From Geosiphon pyriformis uo1 (taxonomy: Eukaryota > Fungi > Glomeromycota): DNA of 64,000 bases. Below, piece after piece: positions 12,155-27,739 of this stretch; positions within the stretch are counted from its first letter, which is position 1; the number at the start of each line of letters is the position of its first letter. The position numbers were made by a program, and so were the translations under genes. The stretch lies in NCBI GenBank assembly GCA_016748015.1, contig JAAOMT010000771.1, forward strand, positions 98,290-162,289, read 5' to 3'. The notes under the pieces were generated by a model. That model had not been told where the DNA came from and did no database searches. It saw only the letters and a list, made by a program, of their open reading frames with translations.

Positions 12155-15100
12155 TATCTATGAAATTTGAATCCAAGGATATGATAATCGAATAACAATA
12201 TGATTTCAAAAGAGAAGTAATAATGAATATTGATATTGAATTATTCATATATATCCCGTACAACAGAGTAGAAAATGGAATAAAAATCCAAAAAAGATTT
12301 CTTATTACTGTAGCTTAAATATTTAAATGCATGAACATAGCATGCATAGAATTGCAAACTTCAAAATATACGGATGATATGGTTATCGAAAAGCATTATA
12401 TTATTAAAATTTATTTCTAAATTTAGTAAAAGGAAAAAGAAGAGTTTTTATGATTATTTGTGATATTTTTTACACATGGGCATAAATTACGAAGATTTTT
12501 TTTTAAATTAAGATGGACACATTGAAAATTCTCTTTTGATGTGGAAGAATGAAGACTCGTTGACTTGGGCTTGATATGTTTTCTAATGATTAGAAAAAGG
12601 AAGGGAATGGCTGGTTGGAGCATGTAAAATAGTCTTTGGATGGTGATGCCACCAAAGAAATGTGTGGTGTTGGCAACGATATGTCCGGTTTATTAGTGAT
12701 CAATTGAATTGACATTTGATTTCTTGGAGGACTTGAACTGGTTGTTGATAAGTTGTGAATTTGTAGAGGTGAGGAATGACGTAGATGCTGATATTTTTCA
12801 ATATCTATGATGATGGTTTAGATTGCTTCTTGTGCCAGCTGATAATTTTCATTTGATAAAACAACTGTTGAATTATGGAGATTTTATTGATTTTCTGAAC
12901 ATGGGTCATTCGGAACAATTGTGTTCGATACTTATTACTGTTTTTGAACTCATTGCGCTTTCTTAAAGCAAACGCCGAAGTTTTTATTTAGGTAACCTTT
13001 TCGCGATTGGTGAGGGTTGAAAGTCATAGAAGAGGCATTGGAGGTTCAACCCGTTTACTCGTAACTTTTCCAATGAATTATGAAATAATAGTTTATCAAC
13101 TTTTGAAAAATTGACATAACGAAAAGCACATCTTTGAGTTAACAAGCGCGAAGTTTTCATTTGATAAGTATTTTTAATCGTTTCAAAATCATAAAAAATT
13201 TTTACAAACATGAGATAACAGAGCATTTTCGCTGAATTGATTTCGTATGCATGCTTCTTCTTCGCAGAGCATGAGACGAATGGTTTCAAGAGAATTTTTA
13301 GAATTTGCTAGCTGATTACTAAAATTGAAAATTCTACAAGTATCATGTCGACGATAAAATTTGGAGCTGGATTGATCATTATTGAGTGATTGAACATAAC
13401 AATTTACAATCAAGAAAGTATCTTGTCCCTTATTGCTGAAAAAATGAAGTTATAACTGATAAAGAATTCTGGAACAGCTCAAGACCATTGGTTAATCATA
13501 ACGATGATATGAAAATTGCGAGAGATCGATCAAAAGCTTGTTTCGCGGCGAGTAAGTTAACTTGCGACTGTTGGCAAATTATGTTTAGAATAAATTAAAA
13601 GAAAAATATGGGTGTAAAATTTGAAAGATTGAAAACCAGGTCAAAATGTAAGCTTTATTTTATCAATTTTAACCGTTGAAAATCAAGAAAGACGAGACCT
13701 TAATACCCTTTGTTTGAGATATTCTCTATTAAAAAGTTTCAACGGGATCTGAAAGCAAAGTTCACAGAAGAACTAAAGTTTTTGTGTGTCTGAAACTAAA
13801 AGAGATTATGGTGAAGACCTATGATTTACATTTCCAGAATTTCTGAATATTCTAAATTAAGCATGTATTTAAAAAATTTTAACCCACTATTCCCATTGTC
13901 CTCCCAATAAATTTTTGTGATCTAAATACTGCTTATAAACAATTTTATATATGGGCATTCATTTACTTTAAAGTATTAGGATGGTTTTTTAAATGCCTAA
14001 TATCAAACAATTTTTAGTTCAATGTACATTTATATATTAAAACAAGTTTAATTTTTGTTGTTGTTGAAATAAACTTTCAGGTTTCATTCAATCGAAAATA
14101 TGAAGCAATTGAATTTTGAATTTGAACTTTGTCAAAAGTCGGGAATGTTTGACAACGATACGAGAATGTGTTTTTGTGGTCTAATACAGATATACTGGAA
14201 ATACAATGATCTTGAATTAATGTTGAGATGACGGAATTCCAAAATTTTCTGATGAAACTCAAAGTATTCGAAAAATAGAAGCTGTCAGATTTCCTTTTAA
14301 TTAAACTATGGTCTTTATTAGGAACACGATATTTACAATAAAAGCATCATGCCATATTTTTCTACGATAAAAATTCAACAATTAGAAAACTTGAATTGAA
14401 TCAGTCAGTTTCCTTTTGAGATGATTTCTCAAATTGACAAAAAATTAACATCATCCATTTATGCCAGATATTAACTTTCCTTAATTTTTTTTATGTCACC
14501 CATAACATCATTAGATGTAAAATCTAAATTTCCTAGAGAATTTGAATTAACACTTTGAGGAAACGTTTCTCGGTATAGTTTGCATGACTGCATCCCATTA
14601 TTATGAGGCAGGGATTTTTTATTGGGGCTTTGATTGATCCAATTCTATTGAATTCTGTAGGAACCGGACAAAGTGTAATTTAATAATTCCAAGAATGGTG
14701 TAATGGAAAAATCTATTTTTTAGAGCTCTTGGGCCACCATTATCTGTGAATAAACTTAAATTTTATTTTCACTAACTTTAAAAATTCATTTAAATATATA
14801 ACATAATGAAACGAAGTATTGATTGAGTTGCCATTGTAACATGTACAAGCAATTAAAAAATATAATGACAAATTGAGTTCACACATTCAAGAAAATCATA
14901 AAAATGTTTCTGATTTTTAATAAACAAATATGAAAACCCAAGTTTAAACAAAATATTTCCTTTTTAAATATCTTAATGAGAGCAATTACCTTGATAAGAA
15001 TTTTTTATTTTAGAATTCTGATTTTTCATTCTTGAAATGATTTAGTATTGAGTCGATTGATATCAATGTATTATCAGTAAATTTTACAAAGGAACAATTG

Positions 15101-16259
15101 TTTAGAATTTGCATTTTTTTTTTTGATGGTAAAAAAATGGGATAAAAAGCTTTAACAATAATAATCATGATGATGAAATTTAAAGACTTTTCTATAAAAA
15201 ATTCATTATTTTTTAAGGAGACTAAAAGGAAGCTAATTTAAATTTTCTTTATTTCCATAGAAATTGATATTAAGAATAGTATATTAATTTAGATTTTAAC
15301 AATTTAAACTATTTGGAAAGATGCTGCTTGATGAAGTTTTTCTATTCAAACATTTGGTATTAAATGAAATCTAATTTTTATCTCCCCGGACTTTCTTACT
15401 TGGATTGATTTATTCATTGATTATTAATACGCGATTTAAAATTTTAAATCCATTATTATTTTTTTCTAGTGCATATATATGTTAGAAAAATCTGCCTTTG
15501 TAAAACCTATTGGAATAATAATTATCATAAATTAATAAATGTTCAATTGAGTGATCAGATAAACATGACATAAGCAGGGCGTTTATTCTCAAAAATTTCA
15601 TAATCTTATACTTTAACACAATAATTTTGGTTTCATTGGCAGTGATCCTAATATTTCTAATATAAACTCTTTCTCGCAAAACCATGAATTTTTTATACCA
15701 TTCAATATTAGCCCAAGTAATAATAGACTAAATGCCACTTTGTCATCAAACTATGGTGAATCCCATGGAAACCAGACATTTAATCTACAATAACATTTCA
15801 ATTACCTTCAAAAAAGTCCAAATTTGGGTGGGAGTATGAATCATTTGTCCTAAATACTCAAACAACAACATAAACCAAAATTTCAACAAGAACAACAATA
15901 GCAACAGCAACAACAACACCATAAATCATATTCCTTATAACAACATAACCCAAATTTTTATTTAATGTTAATTCTCAGTTTGCAATTGTAGAACAAGAAT
16001 AAGCATTTCTTAAGCTTATCCTTTTTCATCTTACCTTTTCCTTTGAAACTTAAAATCTAAAAAAATTTGAATAATTCTTCCTTATTAATAGTTCATACCT
16101 TTTATTACAAAGTTATATCATTTTAATTCATTATGAAAATTTAAGTAATAGGTCTATCCAATAAGTAGCAAACCATTAAGAATATATTTTCTATCGTATT
16201 CAAATCTGTTTAATAGTTGATTACAGTAAAAAAAAAAATGTTATTTGACTTTTAGGTTA
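12155..16259. repeat. Segmental duplication copy A1 (paralog of 37770-41611), containing degraded genes of unknown function
   Basis: Collinear similarity by eye: 12250-13555 vs 38230-39515, 13990-14545 vs 39550-40025, 15665-16259 vs 40850-41611. Confidence 0.9.
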
Positions 16260-16509
16260 ACAAATTAGTTTTTTAGAAATGATAATGATCTATAAGAATG
16301 AGCTTAGTTTAACTTTAATATTAAATTAATAACATATAAAATATTACAAATTTAATAAATTTTGATAGAGTAATTATATTAACATGAAATATAAAACATC
16401 AAATGGGCTAATAATTAACATAAAGAGCTAATAGGCATTTTCAAATCCAGTAAAAAGTCAATGTTCTACGAATTGTTGAATCATGTTGCCTTTTATTAGG
16501 CTGCATCCA

Positions 16510-17011
16510 AAGATAAGTCTTTCAAAAATACTTGCGTCTGTAGGACTTGAAAATTAGGAACTTACTTTGTCAGACCAGATTATCTGCTTCCAGTCTTCAA
16601 TAGTCTAATTTTTATGTTTTTGGTGCAAAAATAATTCGTTGTTTTTGATATATATATTTTTTAGGTAAGGTTTTTTTAAATTCTTACTTGTAAACCATTA
16701 GGCTACGAACGGTCTCAACACTTAAATTAATGTTATTGTTGATTTCATTCTTTTTTTGAATTTCCATTGCTGTTGAATATTCTTGAGTAGAAAAATAAGA
16801 TGAACAAATTTTCGTTGATCACGTTTAGTCAAAAGTTGTAGACGTCCAGATCTATGTTTATTTATGAAACTAACAGTTTCATTTTCTAAGTTTTTTATGC
16901 GTATTAGCGTAGATTGTGTTAAACCTTCACGAGAAGCAATTTTTTGGTAGAATATCCTTCTTCAATAAGGGTATATATTCTTAAGCATTTTTCTATAGAA
17001 ATACGGTTCAT
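16510..17011 (-). mobile_element. Tc1/mariner transposase relic (N-terminal HTH to first catalytic Asp)
   Basis: MNRISIEKCLRIYTLIEEGYSTKK...HRSGRLQLLTKRDQR...SVETVR...KKPYL...WKQIIWSD; truncated after the WSD(E) motif. Confidence 0.8.
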
Positions 17012-17810
17012 AATAATTTTTTTTATGACAAAAAGATTGTTAATTCATTTCTGAGAACTCTCTTCCAGGTTATCTATATATAATCAAAGAAAAAATTCTT
17101 CTCTTGAATCATTTATATTTTTATGCATAACATATAGTTTTGGAATTTTTATCTTTTTTTTTTAGTTTTGCATCTCAACTTTTAATCACCAATCTCTAAT
17201 TTTCGGTACGTTCCAATTGTTTGGTTTCTCTGATATGTTATAGTTTTTGATATCAATAGACTATTTCTCAAAGAACAATTGCAAAAAATTAAATTAAAAA
17301 TAAAAGCTCAAGATTTTCAAAGTAAAAGTGGATGAATTTTACATTTATATTATTGTTAAAACGGGAAAGTTAGATAATTATGAGCATCATATTATTGTTT
17401 TTGTAAAATCCAAATACATGCATATCCCAAATGATTAAATTCTTTATAATGTTTCCAAAAAATCTTATAAATTGCTTAAAAACTCCCTTTTTGATAAAAG
17501 ATTAATATTTAATGAATTATTATTCTTTGAAATAAAAATTTGAAAAATGCAATTAGTAGTTTATTATTTTTTATAAAAATATGTCAATAAATACTTGAAA
17601 CATTAATATATGAGTTTTCATATTAATTGGTTATGTTACAGTTGAAAACTGGTGGGTTTCAAAAACATATTGAATATCTAATGAAAATAAAAATAATTCA
17701 TAAAGTTACAATATCAAGACACAGGTTTTTAAATAAGTTAAATACCTAATAGAAACAGAAATCTTTCTTGTTATTAACGTTGCAAACTGAGTTAAAATTC
17801 ATTCACATAA

Positions 17811-19983
17811 TTAAAAAATGTTGGTATAATATCATCATTCTCTTTGTCCCATGTGGTGACTGTAATCTCCTCCTTGTTAAATGTAAGTCCAAATTCAACA
17901 GCCCTATTTAATCCTAAATGGACATTGGGTAAACTTTCGGGACATTAAAAGAAATTAAAAGTGTTTTCAGCAAATATGTTGGAAAAAATTATTTATTTAT
18001 CAAGATACCTTATCGTCATTTCACCTACTAGCTTCATATCAGGGTCATCACAATAATAACCATTTTTTTTAGAGTATAATATATTTAAAGTTAATATGTT
18101 CTTGATTAGCTCTAACAGGATATCAACCGGTGCTGTTACTCTACGTGCGACTAAACGATCAAATTTTAAAATACAACCCTCCGGAGTTTTATGTTTATTT
18201 GGATCAACTCCTTCTTTCCAAACGGTTGAGATTTGAATTTCATAAGTATATTTCAATACACGCGATTTCACCAGTGGTTTATCAAGTCCCCAATGAATTT
18301 CATCACAATTTATTAAAAACATAAAACCGCCACCTTTAATGAAATTAAGCTCTTGAAACTTACATAATGTACGGCACCACGTAAAATCGCAGCGAGAGGA
18401 TTCTGTGGTACGACTATTATACCAATTTCTTGACTAAATATTTTTTTGATTCTTGCGATCAGATAGGGACTTTCGGCAAATCATCCAACCACAAAAATTG
18501 CTGAACATTTATCCTCTCTATTGGCGTTGATTTGATTTCGAATCAATCTAATAATTTTATCTACAACTGGATCAAACATGGCCTTAATATCCTCAAATTG
18601 AAGTTCAACCATCCATTCATCTTCCTCCATTTGTTTCTTAACGTTAGTGTTGATATATTGTTTTAAGGCTAGACAAAAGTGTTCGATATAAAGTTCAATT
18701 GGTCGAAAGGTGGAAGAATCATCGTGAAACCAGTGTTTCACATGTTGACAGAAAAATTTATTAACTAAATATTGATATCAGCCATAATATCTTTCTTTAA
18801 AGACTTTCATTGCTTTTATGCCAAACCATCGTCCAAGAAATAGAATAAAATTCAGTGTCAACATAGGTACTACCACAAAGATAGCCAGTGCGCTCGGTAA
18901 TTTCACCCAATTTGTTTTCTGCCAGCAATTTTCGCGTGGTCAAGTCAACTGATCCTCTTCCACAGTCACAAACCATAAACGATGCTAATAATGATACAAG
19001 AAAAAATTAGCGTTTCAACTAACATACACCTCATGTTAATTTATTAATGATTCGAAAAACCAACCTCCAACGTCTAATTGATCTTCTTTTAAAATTTGCA
19101 TGCAATAAATAACTGCTGCTTTGGCTGTTAGCCAAGATAGTAAAATAGAAGTGTTTAGATAAATGAAAAATCATGCCAAATTGGAATAAGTCATTTTAAG
19201 AATTTACGTTCTGATATAAATTCGAAATTGGTTGCATGCTTTGTGGCCAAGAAACCAGCCTTGAATATACAATCCCGAAAAATTCCTTTAGTTCCGGGTA
19301 CCTATGCAAAAAAAAATAGCAATGATTCGGTTTAAGTAAATTAGGCATAAAATTCTCGAATCTTATCTACAGAAATATAGAAACTAGTGGAAAGTCGTAA
19401 TCTACCCATTTGGCTAGAACAGTGAAGACAAACAGGACTTGAGGGAAAATTATACCAAGCCATTGTTTTTCCAGAGTTTCTTTTATCAACTTAAAGCAAC
19501 TCAAATAAATATTATGTGATCTCATAGAGTTATAAAATTACAGCAATTGTAAACCTTTTGCATTTCACATAGGAAATCAGTGATTGCAGTCCTAAAATTT
19601 AAACCGATCGGCATTTTTGGCTTTTTTTCTTCGCTCATATCAGCCAAATGAAGTTTAAAAAACTCAACGGGAGGAGGATCAATAAATTTTTTATCTCTTT
19701 TGGATGGTTCTTTAGCAATGACCGCGTAGCCCCACAACTTCACTTTTCAATCATTATCATATTGAAGAACCGTATTTGTTTTTGGGGAGATGTGTCTGAG
19801 AAATGAGTCGTGAACCATGACATCATGATTAATTTTGTGACTATAAGCAAAACCTAAAAAAACCAAGATATTTCTTTTATTTTTGATTCTAACACATAAA
19901 AAACTGTTGAAAACTTTTGAAGAAGCATTTCTACCGCTGTAAGTCGTGCCAAAATCAATGGCTACAACAACTCGAAGATCTAT
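17811..19983 (-). pseudogene. HSP70-12A-like (actin-like ATPase) multi-exon pseudogene
   Basis: DLRVVVAIDFGTTYSG/FAYSH...KTNTVLQYD...WGY...VEFFKLHL...AITDFL; FMVCDCGRGSVDLTT; CGSTYVD; IKAMFDPVVDKIIRLI...AIFVVG*FAESPYL. In-frame stops and frameshifts; presumed start reads ATA. Confidence 0.88.
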
Positions 19984-20799
19984 TGCAAACCTAAGTAATT
20001 TATTCACAAAGTTTAAAGCTCTTGTTTTTTCACAAAAAAAAAGAAAAAAGAATTTATGCAAAATCCCAAATAGAGAATGCTAAAATTCAGATCTTTGGTC
20101 CAACCAAGCTAGTTTGTTTTTCGTACAAATACTACGTGTAGTCAAGAATAAATGGGCTAAGCTTAGAATGGCTATGCCTATTTGTTTATCGGTTGCAAAA
20201 ACTTTTAAAACAAGTTTGAGCCCAAAATTGAACAAGGAAAACGTCGTAGAATGACAATAGCAATCTCTTCGGCTTATTATTTTCCCAATATTTAGAATTG
20301 AAGGCTGATTGTAACTACTGGTCAGCGGCTTTTCCTTTCTTCACTTTCTTAACCATGTTAAAATATAAATTTGAAAATAAATAAAAAAAATATGAATTTT
20401 TTTCTAAAACGTTTCAATATTGTATAAAAATAAAAATAATGTAAATTTTAAATATTTTATTTAAATATCGGTTTTTATAAAAAAAAATTTTAGCAATAAT
20501 TGCAAAATTATTTTTAAATAATAAAATATTCAAAAAAATACAATATAAAAAAACATTATATGCCAAAAAATATGAACATTTACCAATTAAATCATCAGTA
20601 TTATTATTATTAATTATTTCCACTTTTGTATATAACTTAAGTCTTTAAATTAAATAACTAAGTTTTGGTTTTATAATTAATTATCAAAAAATAATATTTT
20701 TACTGATTTTTTAAACAAATTTTTTAAAACAAATTTCTTAGTTAAGACTGTATACAAACCCCAAATTTTTGTTCAAATTACATATAATTTACAAAATAG

Positions 20800-23700
20800 C
20801 CAAGTTATTGAATATTTCTTCTAATTTCTAAATTCTTTAAATATAATCTGAAATTTTTATGACACCACATTTGCTGTAAACTGAGCTAAAATCTTAAAGT
20901 TATAAATCTTTTTTTAACACTGTTGACAATTTATTATGTACAATCTTCATTATATGTATATGTAAATTTGCAAATTTAAACTGGATTTAATATTTAAATC
21001 AGGAATTTTATATAATATTTAAACTCTTTTTAACCAAATGTATTTACACATTTTAAAACAAGCTTTGCCTTTTAGCAGAAACAATCAACATTTTTATATA
21101 AGTGTTTTATTACATATTGTGCATTCACAAATATTATTGACCCTATTTTTGCTTTTTAAATATAAGTTTATCAAATTTAAACACAACAAAGGCCGAAAAT
21201 TTACAGTTTTATTAGCCAAAAATCTGGTTTTAAAACACTTACATGTTCTCTGATCTTAATTTAATTTATAGTTAAATTTTTTTTCTTAATTAATGTTATA
21301 ATTCTGCATTTTTCAACCCAATATTTGCTTCGAGAATCAGATCAATTTTTTTTCAATTCAATTTTACACCATTTAATTATCTGTTAATATTGTTGATTTT
21401 TTGTAAACAGAAATTATTTCTATTATTAATACAATTGCTTATAATTTTGTAATATTAATAACATTATGGAAACTTTTAATTTTTAGTTATATTAATTATC
21501 CACGCATATTGATTTAGTTATTAACTCGATTATTAATCTGATTATTGACTGAATTATTAATGTGATTACAAATTTAATAATTGATCCCTTTTCAAAAGTA
21601 TATAAGTAAAACTCTCCAAAGTTATAAAAAAGTATTCACACATGGATCAATTAAATTTTGATAAAGATCAAAACAATGATATCAACTTCTTTAAATTTCT
21701 TTTTACTATTTCTTTTTTTTTCTTTTCTTGATTTGTATATTGTTAGCTTTTGTGAAGAATATTGAATAAAGATTTATTGAAAAGTACAAACAATACCTGT
21801 TATTGAATTATAAAAGCAAAAACATAAGGCATATAATTATAACAGATGTATTTTTTTTTGTTGACAGTACAAACTATTCCTTAACTTTCAGATTCTCTTG
21901 TTACTTTTGTGAATAATAATAACTGAAATATTAATGAAACTGATCTTGTACATTGAATTCTTACAAATTTAATTCACTTATTAAAGTTGAATTTCTCTTT
22001 TATCATTTTTCACCATACAATATTTTGTTTTACTTTGCTATCTGTTAATTTGTTATTTCAATCTGTAATAATATCATTATTTTCAACTTTAATTCTCATG
22101 TTTAAACTTTCAAAGCACATTATACTATCTTTTTTACTGATTTAAATTCCAGGTTTTTAATTGAATCATTAATAAAAATAAAAATACTACAATTTTTACT
22201 CTTTTTTAATTTGTTTTATTACCAGCATTCTTTATTTTTTCAAATTTTACGTATTAATAAACTAATTAAAAACAAATATATATAACCAAAAGTTTGAATG
22301 CATTTAAACTTATATTACAAGTATTTAGTTTGCACTTAATCAAATTCTTATTATTTTAGCCAAAAAATTATTCAATGAATTAATTTTAAGCCTTATAAAA
22401 CAAATAACAGAATTTTTAAATCTATATTTGAAAAGTCTATTAAGTATTTTATCGAAATTAGAAAACTTAATAAAAACTGCTATTTTAATTTTTGTTTGCA
22501 CTTACTTAAATGTTTTGATTCTATATAGCAAAAAATAATAAATAACTTTACTAAAAAATCTTTAAACAATTTGCTTTAGATTTTAGATTGCTTCTAATAA
22601 AATGCTTCCATTTTTTACAAATTTTTTTGTTAACAAAACTTATTTGCATTCAAAAATTAATAATTGAAAATAGAATTATTGAAACCAAGTAATAATATTG
22701 TTTGTCTAAAATAGCTTTTCTAAGCATTTTGTTTGCAAAATATTTAATATTAGCATAAATTTTTTTAAGTTAGTTTACTCCAATCCTTTGTTCAAAGCAT
22801 AATATCAAGCTATTAATAAAATTCTTTTGGTTTTATGACAGAAATATTTTTTTACTAATAATCAATATTGTTTTCAAATTTTATAATTAATTAATATACT
22901 ACTGTTTTTTTATTATCTATCAAAATATTATTAATCATAAAAAATTTATTTGCAATATTCAAAATATATTAGATAGTTGTATGACTATAGCTAATTTATA
23001 TTGTGCTATCAACAAAAGCACATTGCAAAAAATAATGTTCAGTTTGTTTTAACTTCAAAATGTCTAGTTTTAGAAATAAGTTTTAAGTCAATATAATATT
23101 ATAACATACTTTGTTTTTTTTACACAAATTTAGTTTTAAAAAAATTCAACTTATTAAGTTATATGTTTTATGTATATTCTGCAAAAACCATTTACAATTC
23201 TTTGTTTTTTTTGTGTATTCTCAATTACTAATCCAACAGTAAAAATAGAAATTCAAATGAATGTATCTTTTAACATTAAAAAACTATTACCATAAAGCAA
23301 AAACTTATAATTACAGTCTGTAGAGATGAGTTTAATAATAATTTTAAAAGTATTTTTTTAACAGTTTTAATTAGTGTAATAGATTTAGTACTTGTTAACA
23401 AAATTTTCTATTTACATGGTTTAGAAGTTATTATTATTTATTTATTTAATAAGCAATGATTAAATATATTTAATAAAAACCCCAAAATAAATAAATTACT
23501 GCATTTGCAAATTTATTTAGAATTTTAAAAAAGCCTGTAGCTTTATTGTTAAGCAAATGTTTTGACACTTTTAAGAATTCATCTATTCTAATATAATTCA
23601 TAATTTTAACAAAACTATTATCTTTTATGTATTCCATAAACTTATATTAATTTTTTCAAACTACAAACATATTGTTTATAATATTTCTTTTAAGTTTATT

Positions 23701-24300
23701 ATTTTATAATTGTATCAACTCTAGATCTAATCTCCTGAAGATTCAAAATAGTCTAACATTATCTTTTTAAATGGCTATTTTAAAATGCTTTTTATGATGT
23801 GCTTTTTATTTGTCTCTAAATTTTTTATTTTTTTATGAATTACTTTTTAAATTTGCATTTTTTTAGCATTTTTACTTTCTGTATTTTAAAACAGCAGTAA
23901 GATTTTCTAATTCTGGTCATTAAAATTTCTATTCTATTTAAGTTTTAACTTAAAACATCTTTTATCTTATCAATATTTTTTCTATTTAACTTATCTTATT
24001 ATGTTAAGAGCTTTATTTAATTTTTTAACGCTATTTAATTCAAGAATCTTGAAAATTTTAGAAACAAGTAATTTAATTTATAAAACTTTAAAAACATTTG
24101 TTTATTGCAGAATTCTTATTTTTGAACCAATATTTTTTAAAATCTTTATTTTTAACTTGTATATTATATTTTTAAGAATATTTTACATAATATTTAAGTT
24201 ATTATTTACTTTAATTTCATTACAATTAGGCAAATTGTCAATTGTATTTATCAATATTTCCAGAATTAAACTGTTTTTACTTTTGGTTTTTAGTATTCTT
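20800..24300 (-). mobile_element. Heavily AT-mutated MULE/Mutator transposase relic
   Basis: Minus strand remnants STDCNYKFL (~23300-23325), CKWFLQNI (~23180-23198), TRHF (~23065) and SWIM-like CFCFYNSITGIVC (~21786-21824), in the expected order. Boundaries approximate. Confidence 0.55.
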
Positions 24301-27300
24301 TAATCTATATTTTCATTACTTTTTATTGCTTGTTTGCAAATTGCATTTGTTTTGAAATTAATTAGATTTTTTAGCCTTATAAAATTGAAAATATTTTATA
24401 ATTTGCATTAAAACATTTACCTATTTATAAACTTTCTTATTAATTATTGTGCCAAATATTTTAGCATGAAAGCATATATAATTAATTAGTTTTAAGTGTT
24501 TATGAAATTATTTTAAATTTATTTTTTTGACATAAAATTATTTGGTAATATATACTAAAACCAAAACTTTTAAATTACAACAAATTAGCCACTCTTTAAA
24601 TTATTTTTATTAAGATCTCTTTTAACCAAAAGAAAAAAAAGTTCAAAAACATAGAAAAATTTGTATAAAAAAGAGCTTTTATTATGTAGAAAATGTATCT
24701 TATATTAAATATTTTAAGCAAAATACTACTTCCAACACTTAAAATAAAAACAATTCATTGAAAAAAAATTCTTTTAACTACTAACTATAGATATATTAGT
24801 TTATCAATAGACCCAAAATTAGTTATTATAATTGTTTTTATAAAATTAATTCGAATTGAGTTTTAAAATCGGGATAATTCATTATAAGTTTGAATACTTT
24901 AAAAAAAATACTTAAGATTTATTAAAAATTAGACTTGATTGAATTTATAAACTGGTTAATAACTTCTTAAAACATAAGTTATTACATTGAAGATTTTCTT
25001 CTGCTGAAAATGAAAAGCAATTACTGAAAACTTGGATTTAGCTATTAGCTTATAATATTTTCCTACACAAAAAAAAATAGTGTAATAACAGAATTAGGCC
25101 AAAATTTTGACAGCAATATATCTATTAGAATTAAAATAATTTTGCAATAGAATAAACATAATCAAAAAATAAAATCTTTAATAATCTTGTGATAATAAAA
25201 TTAAATTATTTATATGCTTATGTCATCTTATAATGTTTTTTGTTTAGCAAAATTGCTTATTTTTTGTATTAAATGTTGCTACTTTCTATATTAATTTATT
25301 TATAATAAAATAATATCATTTAAAGTTTATACAGTTTTTAAAAATTTTAACTTAGCTATTAAATTCATAACAATATTTGAAAATTCTTGAAAACTTTGCT
25401 TTATCCTATTTATTCTCTTTATTATATAGATATTAGCATTATAAACAACCGCTAACAAGTTTTTATTACACTATTTATTAATGAATTTTGCTTAAAAACT
25501 ACTATTAAAAACTAATATTAATAAATTTTTAAGAAAAATCTGAAAAAAATCTTTGTTAATAGTAATTAGCATAATTAAACTTTGTTCTGTTTTGGTTATT
25601 TATAACTCAAATTCTTTAAACATTCTTATTTTTAATATTTCTTAAATTAAAGTTTATTTTTTATTACAAAATCTGTAATTAAATATTTTATTTTTGAATA
25701 TCTTTTATAAAATTCATTTTAATACTTTTTTACTTTTATTTTTGGCTGAAAGTATTTACAGTGCCAGCTTTTAAACAAAAAAACTACTTGAAAAATAATT
25801 ATTATTAATTAAATAAACAATATATAAAAATTTGTAAAAAAAATATATAAAGAACTTCAAAACAATGAAACTTTTACTATGTAAAAATGTTTTCTAGCTT
25901 TTTTCAATTAAGAAATTAATCCATTTTTTAATAAATATCAGTGAATATATTTTGAAAAACGTTTTAAAATTTGTTTTTTTATGTTTTAATTAAGTATAAT
26001 CTTATCAAAATTTATAATGTTTTTATTTTTAAAAGTTAAACTATACAGTTAACTTATGTTTTTTATAATATATAATTAATTATTCAAATTTAAATTAATA
26101 AATATTATTTATCTTTTAAACTAAATATATTTAATGTTTCTATTTTTCAGTCTTCTTTTTACAAAACATTATTTTTTTTCTAAATATATACTACATATAT
26201 TATAAATTTTTTTATAACTTAAATAACAGCAGACAAATTTCCAAAATTATGCTCATTAAAAAAATAGGTTTTTTTTCTATTCTTAAACTGGCTAGAGTTT
26301 TTAAGCAAATAAAAAATTAACTTAAATATACCTTTAATTTAAAAATTTGATAAAACAAATTTAATTTCAATATTTATAGCAAAATTTATTTGGTTTAACA
26401 ACAATAAACTCAACCAATTTTGACAAGTTTTAAAGTTTTAACTTAAATAAGTTAATCTTAGAATTATAATTAGCATTGACAAAATCAATAGAAGAAATAA
26501 TATTATAAATTTTTGAAAAAACAACAACTTTAACATAAAACACAAATTAATAAATCAATTAACAAAAATTTTAAATATGACAAAAAACTTAAAAACTGCT
26601 TAAAAACAACAACAAAAATAGTATTATAAATACACATCAAATAATTTTTATACAAAGTATTAATTTATTAAAAGGTTTTCTAAACTTGAAAATAATAATA
26701 AAAAATTATTAATAATAATTAATATTAAAAAATTAAAGAATAAAACAAGTTTATTTACCAATTTGAAAAACCAAATTACTAATTTTAAAGACTGTACAAT
26801 TATAAAAAAAGTTGATTGATTTGGTTTTAAAATATTATAAAAAATAATAACTTCTTTTTAATTGACAAAAAAAGTTTAAATATTATTTTTAATTATTAAA
26901 ACTAACTAATAAATAAAAATAGCATAAACAACTTCAAAAAACTTAAAATATATAACAACATATTAAAAACCAATAGATTTTAGTTTAATACTCACAAAAT
27001 TATTAAAAATACTTGATCTTTTTAAAAATAATATTCAAAAAAATTATATAAAGTTACAATAACAAAAGCAAAAACAGACTTATAAAAATTTTATAATTTT
27101 AAAAGAAATAAAAAAAAGAATCAGAAAGCTTAATTTAATTTAAGAAAACTTGAAATACAAACTTTATACAAAAAACTTTGTTATTGTTCTTTATAATTAA
27201 CTTCAAACCAAAAAAACTTATATAAATTCAAAAGCAAACTTAATATAAACTATTTTAATTTTAGCAATTTTACCAGACATTTAAATAAAAACCACTTATT

Positions 27301-27739
27301 TAAAAATATTTTAATAATTTGCATTAATTTTTTAGTTATTACCAAAAACAATATTTGCAAAAAAAATTATTTTTATTTAATTAATTCAGTTTTAAAATTA
27401 GGTAACTTAATAAAATACTATTGTTTATAATCAGATTTAGAATAAGCACTGTAATTAGTATAGTTATAACAAAAAAACAAGCTTTAAAGTAAAAATAGTG
27501 TTCTTAAAAACACTAATAAAAATAGCTTTTTTTAGATATTATTAAATTAACTTTTTTAGATAAAAAAAGTTGTACTCAAAGCCAAAAACAATATTTTAAT
27601 AGTAGTTTTTTTTTATTAAAGTTTAACAAGTGGAATTCAAACACCACTTAGTGCTATATATCATATAAATGATTTAAACTAAGCAAGAATCATGTCTTTG
27701 CTACACATGACCAGACATTCAGACTAGTCAGAACAACAC

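Noticed and set aside
24001-24303. Hydrophobic I/L/F/K-rich ORFs in AT deserts (also 20414, 21038, 37931, 42857, 43392, 48822, 54492)
   Set aside because: Composition-driven chance ORFs with no motifs.
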